Assembly (NCBI RefSeq): GCF_050920415.1
Contig: NZ_CP169309.1
Source: Escherichia coli
GTDB taxonomy: Bacteria > Pseudomonadota > Gammaproteobacteria > Enterobacterales > Enterobacteriaceae
Reading direction: 5' to 3' (one strand)
Length of the DNA: 64,000 nt
Positions 27,975 through 40,358 of the stretch are shown here, piece by piece; position 1 is the first letter of the stretch, and each line of letters starts with the position of its first letter. The notes beneath the pieces are model-generated. The model was not told the origin of the DNA. It saw only the letters and a program-made list of their open reading frames with translations, and did no database searches. Both the position numbers and the translations under genes were made by a program.

Positions 27975-30404
27975 TCATGAATACTTTTTCGTCCGTCGCG
28001 TCGGTGCGGTATTTGCCGGATCATCCGGCCAGACGTGTTTGGGATAACGCCCTTTCATCTCTTTTTGCACATCGCAATACGCTCCTTTCCAGAAGGCGCT
28101 CAAATCTCGTGTGATTTGCAGCGGCCTTTGGGCAGGAGAAAGCAACTCCAGCACCAGCGGCACACGCCCCTGGGCGATCGTCGGATTGGTGGCCTCGCCA
28201 AACATCTCCTGCATTCTCACCGCCAGCGCGGGCGGGTTATCTTCATGGTAACGAATGGCGATCCGGCTTCCCGTCGGCACAGTGTAATGCGCAGGCAATT
28301 CACTATCCAGACGTTGCTGCATCCCCCAATCAAGTAATCCGCGTAGCGCCTGATAAATATCGAGTGATTTCAGGCCGCGTAGCGAATGTACGCCTGCCAT
28401 ATGCGGCAGTAGCCACGTTTCCAGCGTCGCCAACAAACTTTCATCATCAACCGCTGGCCAGTCATATTCTGGCAACCACCTGGCGGCGCATAACAAACGC
28501 AAGCGTAGCTGTTCCGCTTCCGGCGTCCAGTTAAGCACGCTTAAGCCTTTTTCACGAATGCCGTTAAGCATCGCCTGATGCAGCTCGTCTTCTGAAGGCT
28601 TCGCCAGCGGCTGCACTTTTACCGTCAGTTGGCCGATTTGCAACCGACGCCAGGCTTTCAGCGTACCTTGCGCATCATCCCACTCCACGGTGTCCGATTG
28701 CTGCACCAGCTGCGGACAGCGTTGCACTAATTCATCGATATCGACCGGTAGCGCCAGTAAAATCCGCGCATCCGGCGAGGCGCTACCCTGCAATAATAAC
28801 GGTGCGATCAACCATTCGTGGCGGCTGAGCGCATCATCGGCATCGAGCATTGCCCCCATGCCGTTTGCCAGTTGATAGCGCCCCTCTTGCCCACGGCGGC
28901 GAGCGATGCGATCGGCAAACGCTCCGGCAAGTAACGGTGCGATAAGCGAACTGTCTGCCTCACCGCCGCGTACGTTTAAGCGCTTTAACAGTTGCTGGCT
29001 ACGTTGCTGCCAGGCAGGTTGATTGCGCGAAAACGCCACGCCCAGATCGATATTGCCCATCCGTGGTGGCTCTTCGAGAATAGCGGCAATTTTTGCAGCG
29101 GTAGCAGCTTCGTCGTCGCTCTTTGCGCTCACCAGCATTGCCGCTAAACGCGGATCGTTACCCAGCGTCGCCATTTTCTGCCCTTTCGTGCTTAGCCGTT
29201 CACCGTCCATCGCCCCCAGCATCCGCAACAGGCGTTTCGCGGCCTGTAAATTCACGGCTGGCGGTTGATCCAGCCAGCTCATCTGCGTCGGATCGCTGCA
29301 TCCCCATTGCAGTAATTCCATCAGCAAACCGGAGAGATCGCTTTGTAAGATTTCCGGTTCACTTTGCGCGGAGGCGCGTTCTGCTTGTTCTTTGGCGATT
29401 AAATGTAGACAGATCCCCGGCTCCAGACGTCCGGCACGCCCCGCACGCTGCGTCATAGATGCCTGACTAACGCGTTGAGTAATCAGCCGCGTAAGCCCCG
29501 TGCGCGGATCAAAGCGCGCCACACGTTCCTGAGCACAATCCACCACCAGACGAATACCTTCGATGGTTAAACTGGTTTCAGCAATATTGGTTGCCAGCAC
29601 TACTTTGCGCATCCCTTCTGGTGCCGGAAGGATCGCTTTTCGCTGATCGTTCAGCGACAACGCGCCATACAGCGGGCAGAGCAACACATCACTACCGATG
29701 CGCGAAGCCAGTTGTTCCTGAACGCGCTGAATTTCTCCGACACCAGGTAAAAATAACAGTAATGAGCCGCTTTCCTGATGCAGCAATTCGGCGGTGGCAA
29801 CCGCCACGGCTTCATCAAAACGCTGATGAGCGGGCAGCGGTAAATATCGGCGTTCAACCGGAAACGAGCGCCCTTCTGAGATGACGACGGGCGCTTCTGG
29901 CAGCATCTGCTGCAAGCGGTCATTGTCCAGCGTAGCCGACATAATCAGTAGTTTAAGGTCATCACGCAGACCTTGTTGCACATCGAGTAACAGCGCCAAC
30001 GCCAGATCCGCCTGCAAGCTGCGCTCATGAAACTCATCGAGGATCACCAATCCAACGCCGCTCAGTTCAGGGTCACGCTGGATCATGCGCGTCAACACGC
30101 CTTCGGTAACTACTTCCAGGCGAGTATTTGGCCCGACACAGTTTTGCGCGCGCATCCGGTAGCCTACCGTATCACCTGTTTTTTCGTTAAGCAGTTCCGC
30201 CAGTCGTTGCGCAACGTTACGCGCCGCCAGGCGACGCGGCTCCAGCAGGATAATTTTTCCGTTAATGCCGGGATGCGCCAGCAGTTGCAGCGGCAGCCAG
30301 GTTGATTTCCCGGCCCCGGTCGGCGCACTTAATAACACCTGCGGTGCACCATCGAGGGCAGCAAGTAACTCAGGTAAGACGGCAGCAACGGGCAACGACG
30401 ACAC
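27975..30404 (-). CDS. hrpB: ATP-dependent RNA helicase HrpB (DEAH-box)
   Basis: about 809 aa assuming a GTG start (VSSLPVAAVLPELL...); Walker A TGAGKST, DEFH box; alternative ATG start at 30449. Confidence 0.85.
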   Translation of the reverse strand: MSSLPVAAVLPELLAALDGAPQVLLSAPTGAGKSTWLPLQLLAHPGINGKIILLEPRRLAARNVAQRLAELLNEKTGDTVGYRMRAQNCVGPNTRLEVVTEGVLTRMIQRDPELSGVGLVILDEFHERSLQADLALALLLDVQQGLRDDLKLLIMSATLDNDRLQQMLPEAPVVISEGRSFPVERRYLPLPAHQRFDEAVAVATAELLHQESGSLLLFLPGVGEIQRVQEQLASRIGSDVLLCPLYGALSLNDQRKAILPAPEGMRKVVLATNIAETSLTIEGIRLVVDCAQERVARFDPRTGLTRLITQRVSQASMTQRAGRAGRLEPGICLHLIAKEQAERASAQSEPEILQSDLSGLLMELLQWGCSDPTQMSWLDQPPAVNLQAAKRLLRMLGAMDGERLSTKGQKMATLGNDPRLAAMLVSAKSDDEAATAAKIAAILEEPPRMGNIDLGVAFSRNQPAWQQRSQQLLKRLNVRGGEADSSLIAPLLAGAFADRIARRRGQEGRYQLANGMGAMLDADDALSRHEWLIAPLLLQGSASPDARILLALPVDIDELVQRCPQLVQQSDTVEWDDAQGTLKAWRRLQIGQLTVKVQPLAKPSEDELHQAMLNGIREKGLSVLNWTPEAEQLRLRLLCAARWLPEYDWPAVDDESLLATLETWLLPHMAGVHSLRGLKSLDIYQALRGLLDWGMQQRLDSELPAHYTVPTGSRIAIRYHEDNPPALAVRMQEMFGEATNPTIAQGRVPLVLELLSPAQRPLQITRDLSAFWKGAYCDVQKEMKGRYPKHVWPDDPANTAPTRRTKKYS

Positions 30405-30477
30405 AAAACGCTCCAGAGGGTTAACATTCTTCGCGCCACATTGTAGCATCGCGGTAATGCATAACCGAGTACCTCAC

Positions 30478-31727
<1,250 letters not shown>

Positions 31728-31904
31728 TAGAGTAAGTAACTGGTTAATTTACATTCTGGTCGCGTGCGCAAATACGCTTTTCCTCACACAGTTGTCAAGT
31801 GTTACGTTTAGATAATTGCTATCCGGAAAAGCTTCTGCTATTTATAGCGGCCTCATTTTTCCCCCGAACATGGGGATCGATAGTGCGTGTTAAGGAGAAG
31901 CAAC

Positions 31905-32360
31905 ATGCAAGAAGGGCAAAACCGTAAAACATCGTCCCTGAGTATTCTCGCCATCGCTGGGGTGGAGCCATATCAGGAGAAGCCGGGCGAAGAGTATATG
32001 AACGAAGCCCAGCTGGCGCACTTCCGTCGTATTCTGGAAGCATGGCGTAATCAACTCAGGGATGAAGTCGATCGCACCGTTACACATATGCAGGATGAAG
32101 CAGCCAACTTCCCGGATCCGGTAGACCGTGCAGCCCAGGAAGAAGAGTTCAGCCTCGAACTGCGTAACCGCGATCGCGAGCGTAAGCTGATCAAAAAGAT
32201 CGAGAAAACGCTGAAAAAAGTGGAAGACGAAGATTTCGGCTACTGCGAATCTTGCGGCGTTGAAATTGGTATTCGTCGTCTGGAAGCGCGCCCGACAGCC
32301 GATCTGTGCATCGACTGCAAAACGCTGGCTGAAATTCGCGAAAAACAGATGGCTGGCTAA
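31905..32360 (+). CDS. dksA: RNA polymerase-binding transcription factor DksA
   Basis: 151 aa from [19 protein letters not shown]...; C4 zinc finger [25 protein letters not shown]; AAGGAG RBS. Confidence 0.95.
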   Translation: MQEGQNRKTSSLSILAIAGVEPYQEKPGEEYMNEAQLAHFRRILEAWRNQLRDEVDRTVTHMQDEAANFPDPVDRAAQEEEFSLELRNRDRERKLIKKIEKTLKKVEDEDFGYCESCGVEIGIRRLEARPTADLCIDCKTLAEIREKQMAG

Positions 32361-32396
32361 TTACAGCCGTTCCATCACGTTTACCACAGGCGGGAA

Positions 32397-33323
32397 ATGC
32401 TCCCGCCTTATTTTTTGTTCAACGAGATGACAGACACACACTATATTGGTCGCTTCGCCCCCTCTCCTTCTGGCGAGCTTCATTTTGGCTCTCTGATTGC
32501 CGCGCTTGGAAGCTTTCTACAGGCTCGCGCCCGGCAAGGTCGCTGGCTTGTTCGCATTGAAGATATCGATCCGCCTCGTGAAGTTCCCGGTGCCGCAGAG
32601 ACCATCCTGCGCCAGCTGGAACATTACGGTCTACACTGGGACGGCGATGTTCTCTGGCAATCGCAACGTCACGACGCCTATCGCGAAGCACTCGCATGGT
32701 TACATGAGCAAGGGTTAAGTTATTACTGCACCTGCACGCGCGCACGTATTCAAAGCATTGGCGGTATTTACGACGGTCATTGCCGGGAGTTGCATCATGG
32801 GCCAGAAAACGCTGCTGTACGTATTCGCCAGCAGCATCCGGTCACCCAGTTTACTGACCAGCTGCGCGGCATTATTCATGCCGACCAAAAACTGGCGCGG
32901 GAAGATTTTATTATTCATCGCCGTGATGGTTTATTTGCCTATAACCTGGCGGTGGTCGTTGACGATCACTACCAGGGCGTGACAGAAATTGTCCGTGGCG
33001 CGGATTTGATCGAACCCACGGTGCGCCAAATCTCGCTGTACCAGCTTTTTGGCTGGCAGGTGCCAGATTACATTCATTTGCCACTGGCACTTAATCCACA
33101 AGGCGCTAAACTTTCCAAGCAGAATCATGCGCCTGCGTTGCCAAAAGGCGATCCTCGGCCGGTGTTAATCGCGGCACTTCAATTTCTGGGCCAGCAGGCA
33201 GAAACACACTGGCAGGATTTCAGCGTCGAGCAAATTCTCCAGTCAGCCGTCACAAACTGGACGCTGACTACCATTCCTGACTCGGCAATTGTAAATTCAA
33301 CATTCTCAAATGCGTCATGCTGA
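32397..33323 (+). CDS. gluQ: glutamyl-queuosine tRNA(Asp) synthetase (GluRS paralog)
   Basis: 308 aa; class I aaRS HIGH-like motif ([11 protein letters not shown]) and KLSKQ; alternative start at 32427. Confidence 0.85.
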   Translation: MLPPYFLFNEMTDTHYIGRFAPSPSGELHFGSLIAALGSFLQARARQGRWLVRIEDIDPPREVPGAAETILRQLEHYGLHWDGDVLWQSQRHDAYREALAWLHEQGLSYYCTCTRARIQSIGGIYDGHCRELHHGPENAAVRIRQQHPVTQFTDQLRGIIHADQKLAREDFIIHRRDGLFAYNLAVVVDDHYQGVTEIVRGADLIEPTVRQISLYQLFGWQVPDYIHLPLALNPQGAKLSKQNHAPALPKGDPRPVLIAALQFLGQQAETHWQDFSVEQILQSAVTNWTLTTIPDSAIVNSTFSNASC

Positions 33324-33382
33324 GCTATGATTAGCCGCTATTTTTTTGTCCTGAATGATGTTTGACACTACCGAGGTGTACT

Positions 33383-34780
33383 ATTTTTACCCGAGTCGCT
33401 AATTTTTGCCGCAAGGTGCTAAGCCGCGAGGAAAGCGAGGCTGAACAGGCAGTCGCCCGTCCACAGGTGACGGTGATCCCGCGTGAGCAGCATGCTATTT
33501 CCCGCAAAGATATCAGTGAAAATGCCCTGAAGGTAATGTACAGGCTCAATAAAGCGGGATACGAAGCCTGGCTGGTTGGCGGCGGCGTACGCGACCTGTT
33601 ACTTGGCAAAAAGCCGAAAGATTTTGACGTGACCACCAACGCCACGCCTGAGCAGGTGCGCAAACTGTTCCGTAACTGCCGCCTGGTGGGTCGCCGTTTC
33701 CGTCTTGCTCATGTCATGTTTGGCCCGGAGATTATCGAAGTTGCGACCTTCCGTGGACATCACGAAGGTAACGTCAGCGACCGCACGACCTCCCAACGCG
33801 GGCAAAACGGCATGTTGCTGCGCGACAACATTTTCGGCTCCATCGAAGAAGACGCCCAACGCCGCGATTTCACTATCAACAGCCTGTATTACAGCGTGGC
33901 AGATTTTACCGTCCGCGATTACGTTGGTGGCATGAAGGATCTGAAAGACGGCGTTATCCGTCTGATTGGTAACCCAGAAACGCGCTACCGTGAAGATCCG
34001 GTACGTATGCTGCGCGCGGTTCGTTTTGCCGCCAAATTGGGCATGCGCATCAGCCCGGAAACCGCAGAACCGATCCCACGCCTGGCAACCTTGCTAAACG
34101 ATATTCCTCCGGCGCGTTTGTTTGAAGAATCTCTGAAACTGTTGCAAGCGGGCTACGGTTACGAAACCTATAAACTGCTGTGTGAATACCATCTGTTCCA
34201 GCCGCTGTTCCCGACCATTACCCGCTACTTTACGGAAAATGGTGACAGTCCAATGGAGCGGATCATTGAGCAGGTGCTGAAGAATACTGACACGCGTATT
34301 CATAACGATATGCGCGTCAACCCGGCGTTCCTGTTTGCCGCCATGTTCTGGTATCCCCTGCTGGAAACAGCACAGAAAATTGCCCAAGAGAGCGGCCTGA
34401 CTTATCACGACGCTTTCGCGCTGGCAATGAACGATGTGTTAGACGAAGCCTGCCGTTCACTGGCGATCCCGAAACGGCTAACCACTTTAACCCGTGATAT
34501 CTGGCAATTACAGTTGCGCATGTCCCGCCGTCAGGGTAAACGCGCATGGAAATTACTCGAACATCCGAAGTTCCGCGCCGCTTATGACCTGCTGGCACTG
34601 CGTGCTGAAGTAGAACGCAACGCCGAGCTACAACGTCTGGCGAAATGGTGGGGTGAGTTCCAGGTTTCCGCGCCGCCAGACCAAAAAGGGATGCTTAACG
34701 AACTGGATGAAGAACCGTCACCGCGTCGTCGTACTCGTCGCCCGCGCAGACGTGCGCCGCGCCGTGAGGGCACCGCATGA
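33383..34780 (+). CDS. pcnB: poly(A) polymerase I
   Basis: 465 aa if initiated at the ATT codon at 33383 ([13 protein letters not shown]...), with GAGGTG Shine-Dalgarno 7 nt upstream; the track ORF begins at an in-frame TTG at 33362. Confidence 0.85.
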   Translation: MFTRVANFCRKVLSREESEAEQAVARPQVTVIPREQHAISRKDISENALKVMYRLNKAGYEAWLVGGGVRDLLLGKKPKDFDVTTNATPEQVRKLFRNCRLVGRRFRLAHVMFGPEIIEVATFRGHHEGNVSDRTTSQRGQNGMLLRDNIFGSIEEDAQRRDFTINSLYYSVADFTVRDYVGGMKDLKDGVIRLIGNPETRYREDPVRMLRAVRFAAKLGMRISPETAEPIPRLATLLNDIPPARLFEESLKLLQAGYGYETYKLLCEYHLFQPLFPTITRYFTENGDSPMERIIEQVLKNTDTRIHNDMRVNPAFLFAAMFWYPLLETAQKIAQESGLTYHDAFALAMNDVLDEACRSLAIPKRLTTLTRDIWQLQLRMSRRQGKRAWKLLEHPKFRAAYDLLALRAEVERNAELQRLAKWWGEFQVSAPPDQKGMLNELDEEPSPRRRTRRPRRRAPRREGTA

Positions 34781-35253
34781 CAGTGGCGTATATTGCCATC
34801 GGCAGCAATCTGGCCTCTCCGCTGGAGCAGGTCAATGCTGCCCTGAAGGCAATAGATGACATTCCTGAAAGCCGCATTCTTGCCGTTTCTTCGTTTTACC
34901 GCACCCCACCGCTGGGGCCGCAAGATCAACCCGATTACTTAAACGCAGCCGTGGCTCTGGAAACCTCTCTTACAGCAGAAGAGCTCCTCAACCACACACA
35001 GCGTATTGAGCTGCAACAGGGTCGTGTCCGCAAAGCTGAACGCTGGGGACCGCGCACGCTCGATCTTGATATCATGTTGTTTGGTAATCAGGTCATAAAC
35101 ACTGAGCGCCTGACCGTTCCGCACTATGATATGAAGAATCGTGGATTTATGTTGTGGCCGCTGTTTGAGATCGCGCCGGAACTCGTGTTTCCTGATGGTG
35201 AAACGTTGCAAGCAAGACTCACTACTTTCCCTCCCAGCCCACAGCACTGGTAA
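34777..35253 (+). CDS. folK: 2-amino-4-hydroxy-6-hydroxymethyldihydropteridine pyrophosphokinase
   Basis: 158 aa [25 protein letters not shown]...; overlaps the pcnB stop. Confidence 0.9.
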   Translation: MTVAYIAIGSNLASPLEQVNAALKAIDDIPESRILAVSSFYRTPPLGPQDQPDYLNAAVALETSLTAEELLNHTQRIELQQGRVRKAERWGPRTLDLDIMLFGNQVINTERLTVPHYDMKNRGFMLWPLFEIAPELVFPDGETLQARLTTFPPSPQHW

Positions 35254-35758
35254 ACCACATTCCTGGAAAAACGTATTGGGTAATGCAATGTTGTATAATA
35301 TTATTTTATAGTTTCAATGAATTAATTCTCTCTCCCCCATCATATAAATCACAAAAAAACAGCATTAAAAATATAATTACGGCAAATATATTTTCATTAC
35401 CTATATTAACTTTTCTCTTTATAAGAGGTTTTTAATGATAATTAACCAATTTATTCTGAGTACTATGCCTCACTCCCGGTATTAGCACTGGATAGCACTT
35501 AATTGGATTCTGTCAGGCTGGGACGGGGGCAACAAGTGCATACAACGACCTGTCCTTAACGCGTAATTATTAATTTCTACAGCGTATTATCACATTATTT
35601 AAACCTGCCCAACCTCACCAAATACATTCATAAAATGCATAATTATAATAAATCATAAAAATCCATTCACCGAAGATATTTTTCTTTAAAGAGTGTGGCA
35701 TTTATAATAAGTTTTGGTGAGAAAATTCACCACCATTAATTTTAATAAGGATATTTCT
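35254..35758 (+). promoter_or_regulatory. 505 bp AT-rich upstream region of the fimbrial operon
   Basis: strongly AT-biased by eye (long A/T runs, TATAAT-like hexamers) against a GC-balanced surrounding; typical of nucleoid-protein-silenced fimbrial promoters. Confidence 0.5.
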
Positions 35759-36325
35759 ATGTTAAATAAAAGTGCTATTGCTGCGGCATTAGTCATGTTC
35801 ACCAGTTCAGCCTTCGCGCTTGATGGCGGTCAATTAGATTTCTCAGGTTTGGTCAGTGACAATACCTGCGCCCTGCACGTCAACGGTGGCGCGCAGGACG
35901 GTCAAATTACTCTGCAAACCGCTACAACCGCTGAAGTTAATGGCGCAGGTGTCGTAAAGACTGCCGACGTTGGTGCAAAACCGGAAGCCTTTTCTATTGC
36001 GATAGATTGCTCGGGCGATCCAAAAAATAACGCCAGTCTGAGCATGGGTTCTGTGTTCTTCAGTAACAGCCAGGGCACTCTGAACAACGATCTCTCTATC
36101 AGCCAGGCGGCAACCGGGGTCGCTATTGCCATTCACTACCTTACCAATGCCACCACCTACCAACAGGTGAAAGTTAACGACAGCACCGATGTTAAAAACC
36201 TTGTGTTTACCAACGGCAAAGCGGTTTACAACTTTAAAGCGTCGTATGTTAAACAGGCAGCAACAGTTGACGCAACGGCAGGTTATGTCAAAACCAACGC
36301 CGCTTATACAGTGACTTATCAGTAA
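35759..36325 (+). CDS. yadN: fimbrial major subunit (type 1 pilin family)
   Basis: 188 aa from MLNKSAIAAALVMFTSSAFA (signal peptide) with AAGGA RBS; conserved Cys pair; C-terminal ...YTVTYQ donor-strand motif; symbol by synteny. Confidence 0.75.
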   Translation: MLNKSAIAAALVMFTSSAFALDGGQLDFSGLVSDNTCALHVNGGAQDGQITLQTATTAEVNGAGVVKTADVGAKPEAFSIAIDCSGDPKNNASLSMGSVFFSNSQGTLNNDLSISQAATGVAIAIHYLTNATTYQQVKVNDSTDVKNLVFTNGKAVYNFKASYVKQAATVDATAGYVKTNAAYTVTYQ

Positions 36326-36381
36326 ATCTCTGCATCACCCGACAGCCCACTGCTGTCGGGTAACTCAATAAGGATAGTGTT

Positions 36382-37125
36382 ATGACCAGGATGTGTCAGT
36401 TTGTTGTTTCCGCTGTTTTCATCGCATCGACAGCCGTTTTCAGCCTCACCGCGCAAGCAGATATCGTGCTTTCCGGTACGCGCATTATTTACAATGCAGA
36501 CCAGAAAGACGTTACTTTGCGCATGGAAAACAAAGGCGCCCGCCCATTATTAGTCCAGACCTGGATTGATACCGGCAGCGAGAATGCCGACCCCAGCACA
36601 TTGAAAGTGCCTTTTACCGTGACGCCACCGGTTTCCCGCGTTGATGGTAAAAAAGGCCAAACGGTTAAAATTGCGTGGAACGCCAGCCAGACCCTTCCAG
36701 CCGATCGCGAAAGCATTTATTGGTTCAATGCGCTGGAAGTTCCCCCCAAGATGAGCGATGCCGATGCCAAAGGAAAAAACATTCTGCAACTGGCTTTCCG
36801 CACCCGTATCAAGCTGTTCTATCGCCCAACCGGTCTGGCGGGTAACCCGGCTGATGCACCAAAACAGTTAACCTGGCGTCTCCAGTCTTCAGCCGGAAAA
36901 GTGGTGCTGCAGGCGACAAACCCTACGCCTTATCACGTCTCATTCAGCAGCATTACCCTTGGCTCAGGCGGTAATAAATATACCGTGGAGACCAGTATGG
37001 TCGCACCCATGAGCAGTGCGGAAATGGTGGTAAAAGGCGCTCCCCGTTCTGTGTCTGGTGCAACAGTTGATTACTCCGCCATTAATGATTTTGGCGGTGG
37101 CATTGACGGCCAAGTCAAACTTTGA
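36382..37125 (+). CDS. yadV: periplasmic fimbrial chaperone (PapD-like)
   Basis: 247 aa; signal peptide; chaperone motifs GTRIIY...LLVQTW and FRTRIKLFYRP. Confidence 0.85.
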   Translation: MTRMCQFVVSAVFIASTAVFSLTAQADIVLSGTRIIYNADQKDVTLRMENKGARPLLVQTWIDTGSENADPSTLKVPFTVTPPVSRVDGKKGQTVKIAWNASQTLPADRESIYWFNALEVPPKMSDADAKGKNILQLAFRTRIKLFYRPTGLAGNPADAPKQLTWRLQSSAGKVVLQATNPTPYHVSFSSITLGSGGNKYTVETSMVAPMSSAEMVVKGAPRSVSGATVDYSAINDFGGGIDGQVKL

Positions 37126-37157
37126 TGCCCACAAATTATATCGGCTGAGATCGTACA

Positions 37158-39764
37158 ATGAAGCTCCCCTACGATGGCAAAAAAATTCAACGATCGCCGC
37201 TCGCTTGCCTGATTGCGTGCAGCCTGCTGCCCTGTACTCAAAATGTGTGGGGGGCAGACGAGACCGTTGAGTTTGATAACACGTTCCTGATGGGCGCAGG
37301 CGCCAGGGATATTGATGTCAATCGTTACAGCAAAGGTAACGCAACATTACCTGGACGCTATGACGTCAGCGTGTTTATTAATAACCAGGCCAGCGCCAAT
37401 CTGAAAATCGAGTTTATTGAATTAGACCCTAAACACGCTGCTCAACCCTGCATCTCCGCGAACACGTTATTACAGCTGCATATTCGCCAGCCAGAAAAGC
37501 TAACGGATAACGCAATTTTGCAAAAACGCGAAAATGCTGCGCAGGATTGCCTCAACCTAGAGGTTGCTATTCCGCAATCAAGCGTCGCTTACAACAGCAA
37601 TGATCAGCGGCTTGATATCAGCATGCCGCAAATCTGGCTGCAAAGAACCTATGCCAACTATGTCGACGCCTCACTCTGGGATGAAGGCATCAATGCCGCA
37701 ATGCTCTCTTACACCCTTAACGGCTGGCGCAGTGAATCCCCCAATCAAACCACAGAAACCAGCTACGCCGGACTAATGGGCGGTATCAATTTATGGGGAT
37801 GGCATTTTCGCTCACATGGTAACTATTCGTGGGACAAAGAGGACGGCGGCAGTTTTGAATTTCAGGATAAATACCTGCAACGCGATATCGCCGCGCTTCG
37901 CTCTCAACTGGTGATGGGTGAAACCAATACCACAGGAGAAACCTTCGACTCGGTTCCTATTCGCGGGATGCGACTCTATAGCGAAAGCCGCATGTTGCCA
38001 CCCACGCTGGCATCGTATGCTCCCGTTATCCGTGGCGTGGCAAACTCTAACGCGAAAGTCACGATCACCCAAAACGGCTATAAAATTTATGAAACGACCG
38101 TGCCACCAGGGCCATTCGCGATTGACGATCTCACTCCGGCAGGGTTCGGTGCCGACCTCGAAGTGACCATCACCGAATCGGACGGCTCAAAGCGTACGTT
38201 TAGTCAGGCCTATTCATCGGTGATCCAGATGATGCGTCCCGGCGTAGGCAAATGGGATATCAGCGGCGGTGAGGTCAATAAAGAGGAACTTCAGGATAAA
38301 CCGAACCTGCTGCAAGGGACCTACTATTACGGATTGAGCAACACCTTCACCGGCTACACTGGTCTGCAAATGACCGATAACGGCTACTGGGCCGGTTTAC
38401 TGGGGGTGGGGATGAATACATCGCTGGGCGCATTCTCCTTCGATGTTACTCAGTCTCATGCCGAAATCCCTGACGATAAAACTTATAGTGGGCAGAGCTA
38501 CCGTATTTCATGGAATAAATATTTCGCCCCGACCGAAACGTCACTCAACATTGCCGCCTATCGCTACTCCACTGAAAACTATCTGGGGCTAAACGACGCG
38601 TTAACGCTGATTAATTCAGCCAATCATCCTGATGAAGAGGACTACTCGGGTATTGTCAGTTATGCGCGCATGAAAAATCAGTTCAGCGTTAGCATTAACC
38701 AAACGTTAAAAAGTGATGAACGTGACTATGGATCTTTCTATGTGAATGGCACATGGACAGATTACTGGGTAACCAACGAATCACAGAGCAGTTTTTCCTT
38801 TGGCTACAGTAATTCCTTTAACTGGGCGAGCTACAGCGTCAGCCTGCAACGCACATACGATGAAGACAATAAGAAGGATGATTCAGTTTACCTGAGCGTG
38901 ACCATTCCGCTTGATAAACTGCTGGGTCGTGATAGCCGCCAGGGTGGCTTCAAAACGCTGAACACCAGCGTTAACAGCGATATGAAAGGGAGTTCGCAAT
39001 ATAACGCCATTGCCTCGGGCTACAGCCAGGATAATCGCTGGAGTTACAGCGTGAATACCGCCTATAACGCGCAGAAAAACAGTGACAGCCTGAAAAGTAT
39101 CAGCGGTTATACCAGCTATGAATCGCCGTGGGGAACATTTTCAGGCTCAGCCTCCACCAGTAGCGATCACTCACGTCAGTATGGGCTCAGCACCGATGGC
39201 GGTTTTGTACTCCACCGCCACGGTCTGACCTTCAGTAACGACAGTTTTACCGACTCTGACACGTTGGCGCTGATCAACGCCCCCGGTGCAAAGGGCGCGC
39301 GCATTAACTTTGGTAACAGCACCATCGATCGCTTTGGGTACGGCGTGAGCAGTTCACTGTCACCGTATCGGGAAAATACTGTCGTGCTCGATGTTAACGA
39401 TCTGGATAACGACGTGGAGCTCAAAAACACCAGTAGCATCGCCATTCCGCGCCAGGGTTCCGTCATTTTCAGCCATTTTGACACCGACACCGGGCGTTCT
39501 GCCATTCTCAATTTACTGCGCAGCAACAATCAGCCCGTGCCGTTTGCTTCTGATATTACCGACGAAAAAGGGACCTCTATCGGGACCGTCGGACAGGGTA
39601 GTCAGGCATTTGTACGTGGTATTGCCGACAGCGGTGAATTGACGGTCACCTGGTATGAGAAAAATAGTCGCCAGCAGTGCCGTATTCATTATCAGATACC
39701 GTCATCACCCACCATGACCGGTAAAACTATCGTACTCAACGGCGTGCCATGCACCCAGCAATAA
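37158..39764 (+). CDS. htrE: outer membrane fimbrial usher
   Basis: 868 aa, signal peptide, usher-size beta-barrel protein in the canonical operon position. Confidence 0.85.
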   Translation: MKLPYDGKKIQRSPLACLIACSLLPCTQNVWGADETVEFDNTFLMGAGARDIDVNRYSKGNATLPGRYDVSVFINNQASANLKIEFIELDPKHAAQPCISANTLLQLHIRQPEKLTDNAILQKRENAAQDCLNLEVAIPQSSVAYNSNDQRLDISMPQIWLQRTYANYVDASLWDEGINAAMLSYTLNGWRSESPNQTTETSYAGLMGGINLWGWHFRSHGNYSWDKEDGGSFEFQDKYLQRDIAALRSQLVMGETNTTGETFDSVPIRGMRLYSESRMLPPTLASYAPVIRGVANSNAKVTITQNGYKIYETTVPPGPFAIDDLTPAGFGADLEVTITESDGSKRTFSQAYSSVIQMMRPGVGKWDISGGEVNKEELQDKPNLLQGTYYYGLSNTFTGYTGLQMTDNGYWAGLLGVGMNTSLGAFSFDVTQSHAEIPDDKTYSGQSYRISWNKYFAPTETSLNIAAYRYSTENYLGLNDALTLINSANHPDEEDYSGIVSYARMKNQFSVSINQTLKSDERDYGSFYVNGTWTDYWVTNESQSSFSFGYSNSFNWASYSVSLQRTYDEDNKKDDSVYLSVTIPLDKLLGRDSRQGGFKTLNTSVNSDMKGSSQYNAIASGYSQDNRWSYSVNTAYNAQKNSDSLKSISGYTSYESPWGTFSGSASTSSDHSRQYGLSTDGGFVLHRHGLTFSNDSFTDSDTLALINAPGAKGARINFGNSTIDRFGYGVSSSLSPYRENTVVLDVNDLDNDVELKNTSSIAIPRQGSVIFSHFDTDTGRSAILNLLRSNNQPVPFASDITDEKGTSIGTVGQGSQAFVRGIADSGELTVTWYEKNSRQQCRIHYQIPSSPTMTGKTIVLNGVPCTQQ

Positions 39765-39780
39765 TGTTCCAGGAGAGGAA

Positions 39781-40353
39781 ATGAGAACTTTTTTACTACC
39801 GCCCCTGCTGCTGCTGACGTCGCTTTGTCTCCGCCCTGCACTGGCAACCGATCTTTCGGTCAACTTTACCGCAACAATCAAAGAGACGACCTGTGCCATG
39901 ACGCTCAATGCATTGAATGGGGCCAATATCAGCGGTGATGCCACAGCGAATAACTATTATCTGGATCTGCCTGACATGGGCGTTTCGGACATTGTGAATA
40001 AATCGTCAATGTCGGAGGCTAATTTTAAAATCCTTCCCAGCAATTGTAATAACTATATTTCCAGCATGTCGATGACGCTTAATGGCGCAGTCAGCGGCTA
40101 TACAGATTCGTTAATCGCTAATGACCAGACCGTTTCGGGGCATACCAACTATGTTGGTCTTGGTATTAAACGTATGAACGCAAATGAAAATCTCCGTTTT
40201 AAACTCAACGGTAGCCAGCGAGTCACCTGGACGAGTGATGAAATAAGTAATGGATTGGATCTCACTGCCATGCTTCGTCAGACCACCACAGCGAATCCGA
40301 TCACCACTGGACAATTCCAGGCCAAAGTGACTTTCGTCTTTACCTACGAATAG
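39781..40353 (+). CDS. yadM: fimbrial minor subunit
   Basis: 190 aa, signal peptide, C-terminal ...VTFVFTYE. Confidence 0.75.
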   Translation: MRTFLLPPLLLLTSLCLRPALATDLSVNFTATIKETTCAMTLNALNGANISGDATANNYYLDLPDMGVSDIVNKSSMSEANFKILPSNCNNYISSMSMTLNGAVSGYTDSLIANDQTVSGHTNYVGLGIKRMNANENLRFKLNGSQRVTWTSDEISNGLDLTAMLRQTTTANPITTGQFQAKVTFVFTYE

Positions 40354-40358
40354 CAGGT

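Noticed and set aside
35411-35461. Short ORF (16 aa) in the AT-rich fimbrial upstream region
   Set aside because: No RBS, AT-rich random-like codons; chance ORF.
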